Position numbers and translations under genes: made by a program. Positions 16,995 through 29,340 of a DNA stretch of 64,000 nucleotides are shown piece by piece (position 1 is the first letter of the stretch; each line of letters opens with the position of its first letter). The stretch is from the human T2T-CHM13v2.0 reference genome, Homo sapiens. The notes beneath the pieces were generated by a model. The model searched no databases, was not told the DNA's origin, and worked only from the letters and a program-made list of their open reading frames with translations. Where the stretch lies: the NCBI RefSeq assembly GCF_009914755.1, contig NC_060941.1; one strand, written 5' to 3'.

Positions 16995-17843
16995 GGAGAC
17001 AGAGCAGAGACCCCTCCCTCTTAAGGGGACACCAGCACTGCCACCCTACCCCACACAAGGAGATAAAGGAAAATCTTGAGTCCTTTCAGGGGAACTTCCA
17101 GGTACCCAGCTAGGCCTGAGAAGTAAATGAGCAGCTTGATAAGCAAGAAGGTAATAGTAACATAAAACAATAGCCAAGGAAGTTAGAGTCAGATGTTTGG
17201 TTCCCTATAGAAACTGAAGATAAGATCTTCACGTATGTCCCTGAGTTGTTTTTCAGCACCACACTCTAACCAACTGAGCTAACCGGCCACCGACCCTGAG
17301 CTTTTCAAAAACCTGGACCCCCACCACAAGGAGTCTGCTGGCACATAGACTCCAGAGAACGGGGAGCTGAGCACTGAACTCTGACCTCTTGCTGTTCTTT
17401 GATTTACATTTCTTCCTGAGGGGCCTGAAAGAAGCCACATCCACAGGCCAGACCTTAACATTCCTTTCTGCTGACCCCAAGTTTTTAGACAAAGTCTAGA
17501 TTCCTTAATCAATGGCAAATCAGAGAGTCTTTGAATCTACCTATGACCCAGAAGTGCACCCACTTCAAGACATCCCACGTTTTTAGGCCAAACCAATGTG
17601 TAGCCCCTGTATATTGATTTATGATTGTACTTGTAACTTCTGCTTTCCTGAAATGTACCCCTGTCTTTAAGAAGCCTTGTTTGTAAGCCACTGGGGAGGT
17701 TGGGTCTCAAGTATGAGCTGTCCCCATTCTCCTTGCTTGGTGCCCTGCAAATAAATGCCCTCTCTTCTCCTGCTGCAAAACCTCAGTGTGGATGTTTGGC
17801 TTTACTGCACTTGGCAAGCAGACCCCAGTCCAGTGTGGTAGCA
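16995..17843 (+). mobile_element. ERV1 solo LTR, MER39-like
   Basis: ggaaaatcttgagtcc...gagaagtaaatgagcagcttgataagcaagaagg...gtccctgagttgtttttcag motifs; AATAAA near 17749; ends in CA; agga/aggg 4-bp flanks. Confidence 0.7.
17253..17293 (-). pseudogene. tRNA-Ile 5'-half tailless retropseudogene
   Basis: Minus strand reads tcggt-GGCCGGTTAGCTCAGTTGGTTAGAGTGTGGTGCTGA, the 5' half of human tRNA-Ile, ending in the anticodon loop. Flanked by an imperfect duplication (ccctgagttgtttttca 17239-17255 / ccctgagcttttca 17294-17307); no poly(A) tail. Confidence 0.88.
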
Positions 17844-18469
17844 AGGGCTCAGTCCCCAAGACTGCTCCCCAACTTCCAATGTCAATCAAAAGCCCCAGGT
17901 TGTTTCACCTCTGCTTCTGGCCAACTAGCTTGAAATTGGGGTTCCCATGGCCACATCCTTGGGTTTAACTTGCTAGAGTGGCTCACGGAACTTAGGGAGA
18001 CACTTACTTATATTTACTGGTTTATCACAAGAGATACGTCAAAGGAGACAGCTGAAGGGATGCATAGGGTAAGTTATGGGGAAGGGGTGTGGAACTTCCA
18101 TGCCCTCCCTGGGAAGCACCGCCCTCTAGGAACCTTCATGTGTTCAGCTCCCTGAATCTGTCCTTTTATGTTGTTACGGAGGCTTCATTATGGAGATACG
18201 ATTGATTGTAATATGATATGATTGCAATGTCACTGGTGATCAACTTAACCGTCAGTTCTCTCTCCTCTTCCCAGGACTGATCCTGCCTTGGTCTTTCCTC
18301 TGACCAGCCCTATCCTGAAGCTACTTAGGGGCTGCCAGCCCTCAGTGAATCATTCACATGCAAGAAGACATCACTTTGGAGATTCCAAGGATTTCAGGAG
18401 TTGTATGCCAGGAAAAGGGAAGAAGACCAAACGTATATTTAACAATATCACAGTTCCACATAGCATTTA

Positions 18470-18885
18470 AGCAAATTTTTAATTGTGGTAAGATTCACAT
18501 AATATAAAATCTACCATCTTAACCATTTTTAAGTGCACAGTTCAGCGGCATTAAGCGCGTTCACATTGTTGTGCATGCAGTCATCACCACCATCCATCTC
18601 CAGAATTCTTTTCATCTTGCAAAACTGAAACTCTGTCCTCATTAAACAACTTCTCATCTCTCCCCTATCCCCGGGCAACCACCATTCTACTCTCTGTCTC
18701 TCTGAATTTGACAAGTTGAGGACCTCATATAAGTGGAGTCATGTTTGTCCTTTCATGCCTTAGCGTAATGTCCTCAAGATTCACCATGTGGCAGCACGTA
18801 TCAGAGTGTTCTTCCTTTTTAAGGCTGAATCTTATTCCACCGTGGGTATCAACCACATCTTATTCATTCATCTGTCAATGGGCTT
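18470..18885 (-). mobile_element. L1MB 3' end
   Basis: ccatcttaaccatttttaagtgcacagttcag...cttgcaaaactgaaactctgt. Confidence 0.85.
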
Positions 18886-19860
18886 TGCATAGAATTAAAA
18901 TTTTCCCCCTTGCATCTCCATTTGACTCCTCAATTGTTCAGGAAGGTACATGGGTGTGTGGTGTGAGGTCTGGGCAGGTGGTCTGCTTTGATTTCCCCAC
19001 TTCTGAGAGCCATGAGAAACTTGCTCCATTTCACAAGCTTTTGTATAAACCCTATCGTACAGGGCATGGTGAGGAGGCTGAAATAAAGCTATTCTTTTAT
19101 TCACCAAATATCAGTTGAGCCCCTGTTACTTGGTGTGCATGTTTCTAAGGGCCTGGGGCACTCTCCATGAAGACAGGTGTAAACCCTGCCCTCACTGGTG
19201 CTGCGGGTTGGAAGACAGAGACCAATTCTAAGGCAGAGGAGGGAGTGATCGCTTCCAGATTTGTGGGAGATGTTCAAGGAAGGCTTCCTGGGGGAGGCAG
19301 CCTTTGATCTGGGCCCTAACACATGGATAGACTGAACAGAAATGAGAAGGGGAGAATTTCACTAAGAGGGAAAAGTTCACCTAAAGGCCTAAGAGCCAAA
19401 TGTGGGTATTGGTTTGTAGTTTTATCAGAGAGTATTCAGCAGCAGGTGACAGAATTCCTCAACTACAGTGGCTTAGTAATAAAGTCATTGGATTCATAGA
19501 AAGAAAACTGCAGAGGCAGTTAGTTCCATAGCTTGGTGGAGCTCCAGGTTCCTTCCATCCTGTGTGTGTTGGTTTTTGTTCTTAGGCTTTTTGCCTCATA
19601 GTTGCAAGATGGCTGCCTCATCTCCAGTCATTGCATCATCTCACAGCTTTCAAAGGCTGGAGGCAAGGGGGTCAGCCAATGTGTTAAGAGTCTGCTCCTC
19701 TCACGTCTATCTCTTTATACCAGGAGGTCCATCTCTCCCAGCCTTCCCTTATGTTTCATCGTTGTTCAGAAGTACATCAGGAGGCAGCCACAGACCCCCC
19801 ACTTGCCATGGGGAGTGGGATTCCCTGACTGGTTTGGCCCAGTCAGGATTCATCCTCCAG

Positions 19861-20063
19861 AGCTGAGCTGTGCAACAGAACTCTCTGTGTTGATGGGAAT
19901 GTTCCAGATCTGTGCTGTCCAAATGACAGCCACCAGCCACAGGTGGCCATTGAGCACCCAGAATGTGACTCATTTGATGGAGGAGTGGAATTCTTACTAA
20001 AGGTCATTTTCATTTGTTTAAGTGTGAATGTGTGGTGAGAGGCTGCTGCAGAGGACAGCCCAG
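19861..20063. mobile_element. MER3 (hAT-Charlie) DNA transposon
   Basis: agaactctctgtgttgatgggaatgttc...gctgtccaa...agccaccagccacaggtggccattgagcac...ggacagcccag. Confidence 0.75.
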
Positions 20064-20193
20064 TTCTGGAGGTTGCGCCACTGACCCCTCGCTGGATGAG
20101 GTCTGGCTTCTGTTAATGGGGAGAAGGGAGATGTCAGTTGAGGAGGTGACAAAGGCATCTGCCCAGGGCAGCACCTGCAAGTAGATAAGGAAC

Positions 20194-20195
<2 letters not shown>

Positions 20196-20237
<42 letters not shown>
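20196..20237. repeat. (TG)n microsatellite
   Basis: About 21 perfect units. Confidence 0.97.
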
Positions 20238-20239
<2 letters not shown>

Positions 20240-22287
20240 AGGGGGAGAGGCATTAGAGGAGGCCTGGGTGACCGCAGCACCTCCACTTTCTTCACCGGGA
20301 GGGGGAATGGGAGAGAACTCACCCATGCACCCACCAGCACGCGGGCTCTTCAGTCCCACCCTGAGGGCTTCAGAAAGCTCGGTGCCCTCTCCGGGGTCTC
20401 CTGGGCCCCTCTGGCTCTGATTTTGTCTCCGCATCCGGGCCCCTCTTTAGGTCTTCCCAGCTGAGGAGGAGGAACTGACACGACAGCAAATTCCAAAGTC
20501 CGTTCTTCCTCTCCTGAATCACACTCGGCCTGGCCAGCTCCCTGCTGGCCACAGGGTCAGGGCTGGAGGAGCCTCTTGTAGGCCTGGTGTCTGGGAAATG
20601 CTCCCATGAGCCTGCAGGGAGGGGCGGGTCAGCCCCTTTCATAGGCCAGGAAGGTGAGCTGGTCCCTCTGGCCGGGAGGTGGCCTCGGCCAGCCTGGCAC
20701 GCCCAGCCTCCGGAATCTGAGCTGGAGGCAGCCACAGGCCCTAGGCCGTAACTCAGGGCCAAGTCAATGGAAACATGGTTTGGGTGTATTTTTAACCTTG
20801 CTGGCTGTGAGCTAAGAGGCTGGCTCTGGCATCTGTGTGGTCAGTGAAGATGAATGGCTGGGCTGCTGGGCAGCAGTGTTCAGCATCCCGGTTGAGCAGG
20901 CCTCTTGCCCACCATCCCCCTTGTCACTGATGGTTCATATGGGAGGGGGAGAGGGGCAATGGGCAGGAAGCCAGTACCCCTCCTGCCAATGCCCCTCCTG
21001 TCTCTCCCTCCAGCACCTGGGCTGTGGAGAGAGGGTTCAGTTCGAACCCTGGCTCTGCCTCTTACCAGCTGTGTAACCTTGGGCCAGTTACTTTACTTCT
21101 CTGTGCCTCAGTTTCCTCACCTACAAAATGGGCATCCTAGCACTGTCTCCTGGGGCCAGTGTGAGCCCAGCATCTGCTCATGGCAAATACTCAAAAACAA
21201 TGACCAACATTGGCACAGCCAGCTCCGGTCCACCAACTTTCTATACCAACCCACAATGAGCTCCACAATTATTGCCTAAGCAGCTACCATCACCTTCACC
21301 TTGTGGTTGGGAAACCAAGGCACAGAGAGGAACGTAACCAGTGCGAGGCTCACAAGTGGGGCTAGCAGGGAGCACAGATCTGAGCCCAGGAGCTCTCTTC
21401 CAGCAAGGCTGGCCTCTGGCGCCACGGCTGGGTCATTGGCTTCCGTGTTCCTGGGATGCTGGGTCCCACTGCCTGTGGGGGCCTCAGGCCCCTCGTCGCT
21501 TATCTACTGATCTCTGCCTCCACTCCTGCTTGTGAGCCTCAGGATGGTGAGTGAGTGAGTTCGCTTGTTCGGCTGTTTATTCATTTACTCACGCACTCAT
21601 CCCACCCGTGTCCACAGAGCCCCTTGGTGGGCGGACTCTGCTCTGTAGATGCCACCGTGCCCACAGCCCGCCCTCACCAAACTCAGTCTGGTGGAGCCAA
21701 CAGACATCAAAGAAACAAGCAGCCACAATGACAGTCAAGGGGCACTCGTGGAGAGAAATGGGGAGCTTTCAGTCTTGGGCTGAGTGGTTTGGGAAGCCTT
21801 GCAGAGGAGGTGGGTTTTTTCTGGAACTAGGGGACAGACAGTGGGGGCAACAAAGCAATTTACTTGGAGGGGCCTTGAGGCTGCATATGAGTTGGACCTG
21901 GTCTAGCAAGGAAAGAGGGAATGGTGCACCAGGCAGAAAGAATAGCAGTTGCAGAGGCATGAGTGGAAAATGCCGAGCCTGGTGTGGCTGGGGCTGCAGG
22001 GTGCACAGGGGAAGCCAAACTAGCTCCGACCTCCCCTCTGCTCCCTCCCCTCTGCCACCATCCAGGGCACAGCTGGCTTCCTGGGCAAAGGAGAAGCCTC
22101 CCTCCCTGTGGCTCCGTCTCGGGGAAGAGGCTGATGCTGGCTGGCCCTTTTACACTTTCTGGTGGGGGCCAGGCTGCCAGCTGGATCAACGAACAGCCAG
22201 TGCAAAAATGTCAGGAGCAATTAGAAGGTACCCGTGGTCTGAGCTTTATCTGCAACAATACGTCTTTATTAATGAGGCTTTTAATGA

Positions 22288-22954
<667 letters not shown>

Positions 22955-23059
22955 TGGGTGTGTACTTTTAATTCACTGCTGCAGCCCCTGATGGAGATGA
23001 GGCCTTGAGTTCTGCCCCCTTGAAAGCTCAATCTCCTCCCTGTGAAATGGGGTTATGGT

Positions 23060-23410
23060 GTGTATCAGTTAGGTATTGTGCCATAACAAACAGCTCCTAA
23101 ACTCAGGGGTAGAAAACAACAACAATTTTAATTAGCTCACGGTTGTTTGTTGGGCTCAGCTGCTCTCAGCCACTTGGTCACTGTCTGTGGCCTCAGCTGG
23201 GACATGTGGGCCTGGTGATTTAGGGGCCCTCTCACTCCCCAGTGGGCTAGTCCTGGCTGGGTCATAGGTGGCAGAGGAGTCCCCAGCACAAGAGTGGAAG
23301 GGGCAAGGCCCCTTGACACCTAGTCTCAGAACTGGCACAGCATTGCTCTGCCTTCTACTGGCATGGCAATCACATGACTTGAGGGAGGGGAGACAGAGTC
23401 CTTTCTTCGT
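23060..23410 (-). mobile_element. MLT1 LTR fragment
   Basis: tgtatcagttag...ataacaaac...aaactcagggg...ttagctcac...gggctcagctg. Confidence 0.6.
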
Positions 23411-23682
23411 GGAAGTTGCTGCAAATAATTTGCAGCCGTATTTGCAATTTAGATGTAGTGAAATCAATCTTGAGTTATATCAATAACGTTTTCTGAGCAC
23501 CGCCCCTTCCCCTGGCTCTGATATGCAGGCCTTATGCTGGGTAGTGCTGGGACCACAGGGAGAAATCTGACTTGGTGTCTCCTTCCCAGGAGCTCTGATG
23601 GAGGACACAGACACAGTCAGACAGGAGCACATACAAGGTGCTAGAAGCCAATGGAAAGTTTGGCTTAACAGACAAAAGGGTT

Positions 23683-23976
23683 GGCCGGGCGCAGTGGCTC
23701 ATGCCTGTAATCCCAGCACTTTGGGAGGCCAAAATGGGCAGATCACCTGAGGTCAGGAGGTCCAGACCAGCCTGGCCAAGATGGTGAAACACTGTCTTTA
23801 CTAAAAATACAAAAATTAGCCGGGTGTGGTGGTGGCTGCCTGTAATCCCAGCTACTTAAGAGGCTGAGGCAGGAGAATCGCTGAACACAGAAGGCAGAGA
23901 TTGCAGTGAGCCAAGATCGCGCCACTGCACTCCAGCCTGGGCGACAAGAGTGAGACTCCATCTCCAAAAAAAAAAA
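23683..23976 (+). mobile_element. AluSx-like
   Basis: Full dimer with poly(A). Confidence 0.95.
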
Positions 23977-26900
23977 GAGGTCATGGGGGTCACGGGGTGG
24001 TATGTATGTGGGGAATAAACTCTAAAGGGGTTGTGAAGTGTCCTGTGGCTGCAGGGGACTGGAGCTACCCTTGATTCTGCACTGATTCTTTCCCAGTGGT
24101 GTTCATGATGGTCTTGTCAGCTTTGTGTTGTTTGCTAAGGCTCAGAGTTGGTGAGGTTATGCAGCCTAACAAGCTCTCAGATTGGGATCCAAGTATGCCT
24201 GGCCTTTGGCATCTGTCTTGAGCCAACTGGCTTTGACCCTGATGGACTCAGTAAGTGAGACACTCCCAGGTGAGCCAATGAGGCTCAGGCCCCAACACGG
24301 AGGTGTGTGTGTGCAGGTGAGCTTGGGGAGGCAGGTGGCTGAGGCTTGGGCACAGAGGCTGGACCAGACACAAATGCCTAAAGGGTTTCCAGGGGATACA
24401 TTCTGGGATCCAGAGTCAGGACCTACTTTGTGGGAACCACTTGTTCCCTAGCCCCTGTTCTGCCCTGGCTTTGCCGCCCAGGGCTCACGACCTTTCTTTC
24501 CCTTCTGATGTGTTTGTCGCATGTCAGTCTTGCTGGGAAGAAAACAAAGGAGATGCAGCCTTCAGCTTTTCCTTGTCACCTGGAGAGGAAGCCTCCAATG
24601 TCTTCCAGGGTGGGGCCTGCCCCAGAGGAAGCCACAGACACTGTGGGTGTCTTCTGGATGGCAGGAGTGACAATGGCAGCAGCAGCAGTCACAGGGACAG
24701 CAACGTTTGCCAGGCACTGTCCTGGCCTTGCCTCTTTGAATCCTCATCATGTCCCCAAATAGGTGTTATTAAGCCTGTTTCACAGATGAGGAAATCAAGG
24801 CATGGAAAGGTGAAGTGGATTGCCCAGATCACACAATGAGTAAAGATGCAGCCCTGGGAATGTCCGATGCCAGCAGCCCTGCTGTCTTCAGCAAGTTGGC
24901 AGCCTCAGGAGCCAGTGGGTACCAGGCTCAGGAGCCCAGTGGGTACCAGGCTAACTGCTTTGTCTATGTCATGGCCCTGAATCTCCACAACCACCCCACC
25001 TACGGCTGCTATCACCTAAGGTCTTGGAGATGGGGAAACTAGGGCACAGAGAGGCAAAGCAACCTGCCCAAGGTCACACAGCAGGTAGGCAGCAGAGCCA
25101 GGAATGGGTCACAGCAGTTGGGACTCTGAAGAGTCCTCGTTCTTAGCTGCTGGGCTGGGAACCCTCTGGGCTCCAGGCCCTGCCGGGAGAGCGGGGCTGT
25201 AAGAGGCCAGTGTGGGCATCTTTGGGATGGTCCCTGTGAGAAAGTTCACTCTCTGAATCTTTGCTTCCTTGTGGTCCCTTCTGATGTGGCCAGAGGGAAG
25301 AGCAGAGACGCCATGGAGGTAGGCTCGGCAGGTGGAAGGCTGTGGGGAGGAACAGAGGGAGGCTGACCGGGATGCAGCTCTCTCCACTCTGGGAGGCCTT
25401 GAGCTCCTGCAGCTGCCTTGGGCTCTGGGCACAGGCCACCTCCTGGGCCTCTCTGGGAACCTGGATGTTTGGACACCCCCATCCTCTGGTCAGGGGTCTT
25501 AGGGAGTACTCACTTTACAGCAGCAACAGCAATAGCAATAATAACAGCGTGGCTGCCACTTCCTGAGCACTTACTAAGTGCCAGGCACTGCCCTAGGAGC
25601 TTACTCCTGGGAGGCAGGGGCCGTTCCCATTTCCATTTTACAGGGGAGAAAACAGAAGCACAGAGAGGGTGAAAGACTCACTTTCTAGGCCAGCAAGTAG
25701 AAGGGCCAGGGATTAGACTCTATGCACCTGGACCCTTCACTGCTAGGGAAACCAAGGCCAGAGAGAGGAAAGGGCCCACCCTGATGCCCCAGCACTGGAA
25801 TAGAAGAGCCAGGATCAGAAATGCCAGGTGCCACCGAGGACAGAGGAATGAAGGTGGGGTCCCACGTCCCGTGCATGTTCCCTTAGCTCCCTGGGCCTCT
25901 GTTTCTCTGTCTGTAAAGTAGAGATGCTAACGGCACCTGCCCCAGATAATGGGTTTGAAGATTAATTGTTAATGCACACAAAGCACTTAGGAGACAGCCT
26001 GCATGCAGTAGGTGCCTGGTGCAGCCGCTGTCACCACTCTGCTGGGGCCCTGGGGCTGTAGTGCTGGCACTGGGTCTCTGGCGAGGCAGTGGGCAGCTGG
26101 GACATCCCCACAGTTTACAAGAGATAGCCTTGAGGTAGGACCCGCTCACCCAAGTCCGGCAGAGAGGACAGCCAGGCTTACATGACTGACTGCTCGGCGT
26201 CTACCCACACACCAACCTGGTGTCCCCTCACTGAGCTCCCTGGCCTGGTTGCTCATTGCGTGGGCCTCAGCCAAGGCTGGCCAGCCTGGCAGGATGAGGC
26301 ATGTGGCTCGAACCCTTGGGGATGCCCCCTTGGTGGCAGGGAGGGCCTGCCCAGAAGGGACTCTCTGTTTATGGGTGTCACTGGCCAAGAAGCTGGCAGT
26401 GCTGACAAATCTCGTGTGGTCCTCATGTTGTGCAGGGCTCGTTCTCAATGCTTTATGCCTAACTGACAGGGCAGGGAACAGCAGCAGCCCATTCTGCAGA
26501 TGGCAAAACTGAGCTGAGAGGCAAAGTTCCACAGCTGGTGAGCCACAGGGACCCAGAGGCTGCACCTTGACCACCACCTAGTAAGTGGGGTACTTTCATT
26601 ATTATGAGTTAATTACTGGGGAAACAGGCACAGAGAGGTGAAGTGTCTTGCCCAGGGCTGCTCAGATGGGAAGGGGTAGAGCTGGGGTTGGAAGCCAGGT
26701 TCCCCAGCCAGAGGCTGCAGAGGTCCCCTTGCCACCCTCAGCTTAGCCATGCCCCCAGACCCCCCTGTGGCCCTGCCTGTCGGCTCACCTGGTCCTTCAG
26801 CATTCACCCCAGGCCCAGGCTGCTGTGTGCAGTCTCTGATGGGACAATGATCTTCCCAGGCCTCAGGGTGCCCATCTAAGAAATGGCCTTGAAGCCCCAG

Positions 26901-27344
26901 TCTTGGGGAATGGGGGTCTGCAGGTGGCCCACGTGCTGCCTGGGCTCCCTGATGCCCTCCTGTCTCAGCTGCATCCTTCTGGGCCTGATCTTGGAAGCAT
27001 AACGGGGCTGCCAGGGCCCTGTGGGAGGCCCCTTGCAGCCTCACCTGCCGCCTCTGGAAATGCACGCAGCCCTGTGGGAGTGGGAGGCCCTGCCCACCCT
27101 CTGCGTCCTCGCCTCGCCCTGCTGTCCTCCCGAGCTGAGTTAGGGATTCGGGGTGCATGCTGCCCTCCCTCTCCCTCCTCGGGCCCTTTTCCTCCCTTTG
27201 AACTGTCTGTCTGTCTCGCTGCGGAGGAGGAAGCTATTCATAGCCAAGGTGATGCAAAATTCATCAAGTGTGGCTGCTGGGGCTGAGGCTGCCCCTGTGC
27301 GTGGCCAGCGCACCCCGACCACTCAGCACTCTTCCTCAGCAGGT

Positions 27345-27510
27345 GCGAGTGAGTGTGTGACTCTTTGTGAGAATGTGAGTGTGTGTAAGTGTGTAACTGT
27401 GATTGTGTAACTATGAGTATGTGTGACTCTGTGTGTGATTCTGTGTCTCTGTGTGAGTGTGTGACTCTCAGTGTGTGTGAGTGAGTTTGTGAGTGTGCGA
27501 GCGAGTGTGG
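27345..27510. repeat. Degenerate (TG/TGAG)n repeat
   Basis: Directly visible. Confidence 0.85.
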
Positions 27511-28504
27511 GGGCACCTCCTCGGTCCTCTCCCGAGCTGCCTCTCTCCTGGCCTCTCCTCTGGGTCTCCACTCCGGACACCGAGCTCAGCACAGCTTCTT
27601 AGGAGGGAGCAGAGCTGGTGGCATTAGCCCATGTACTCTTCACGTTCTGGCCAATTCTGGGCAGGGCTTCTTTCTCCCCTTACCTGGATAACAGTTTGTT
27701 GTTCTAATTCTCAACAGTGAGAATTAGACACAACAGTGGTCATACCTCTGGAGCCCACACCATGAGCCAGGCGTTGTTCTCACAGACTCATTCCATCTTC
27801 ACAATACCCTACGGGGTAGTGGCGATTACTACCTGAATTTTACAGGTGGGTAAACTGAGGCACGGAAAGGCTGGCTAGGGCAGCTGGGGCCTGAGGGTGG
27901 AGGGCTGGGAGGTGGAAGAGCTGGGATTTGAACCCCTGTCTGTCAGCTTAATCACCACTGCTTACCCAATGCACCATTCTGCCTCCCTCTCCATTGGTCC
28001 TGTGGGTAGATCCATAGATTGATTGATTGATTGTCTTCCCCAGAGACTCCAGGTGCAGAAAGATTCTGGTGCTGGAAGCTTCCTAGAGGACTGGTCTCTA
28101 TCCCCTTCCCAGAGGTAGGTGAGGACCAGGGAGGAGACATGAACTAGCCAGGGAGGGAGGGCCGACCCCACCTGACTCCCCACTCTGGCTCTGCTCTTGG
28201 CCACTGCTGGGGCTGTGGCCACAGGCATGGCCTGGGTTGGCCCGGCACCTCCCCTGGCAGGGCAGCCAGCCTGAGCCGCATGGGCCGCCCTGCAGAAGCA
28301 TGGTCTGGGGATGGTAATGAACACAGCAAATGTTTCACTTGCTCTGCTTCTGGGCCCCCGTGCTCAGCGCTCCTCCCTCACAGCAGCCCCGGGGGCATGG
28401 GTGTCCTTTTCCTCCCCAGCAGGTCCGGATCCAGAGCCCCGCCTCTCAGCCTTGTCTCTGCGTGGGCTGCTGTTTCTCCTGTGTCCCTGGTTGGGGATTC
28501 CCCC

Positions 28505-29340
<836 letters not shown>

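Larger units (their letters stand above)
16815..18451. mobile_element. MER21-like LTR split by the MER39-like insertion
   Basis: cagcagacaccagctggg...ccacaggctgagg rejoins agggctcagtccccaagactgc, then ...ggagattccaaggatttcaggag...aatatcaca. Confidence 0.7.

Noticed and set aside
17253-17288. Functional tRNA-Ile gene or an ERV primer-binding site
   Set aside because: Only the 5' half is present (no T-arm/B-box or 3' acceptor strand). A PBS would match the tRNA 3' end and lie just outside the LTR.
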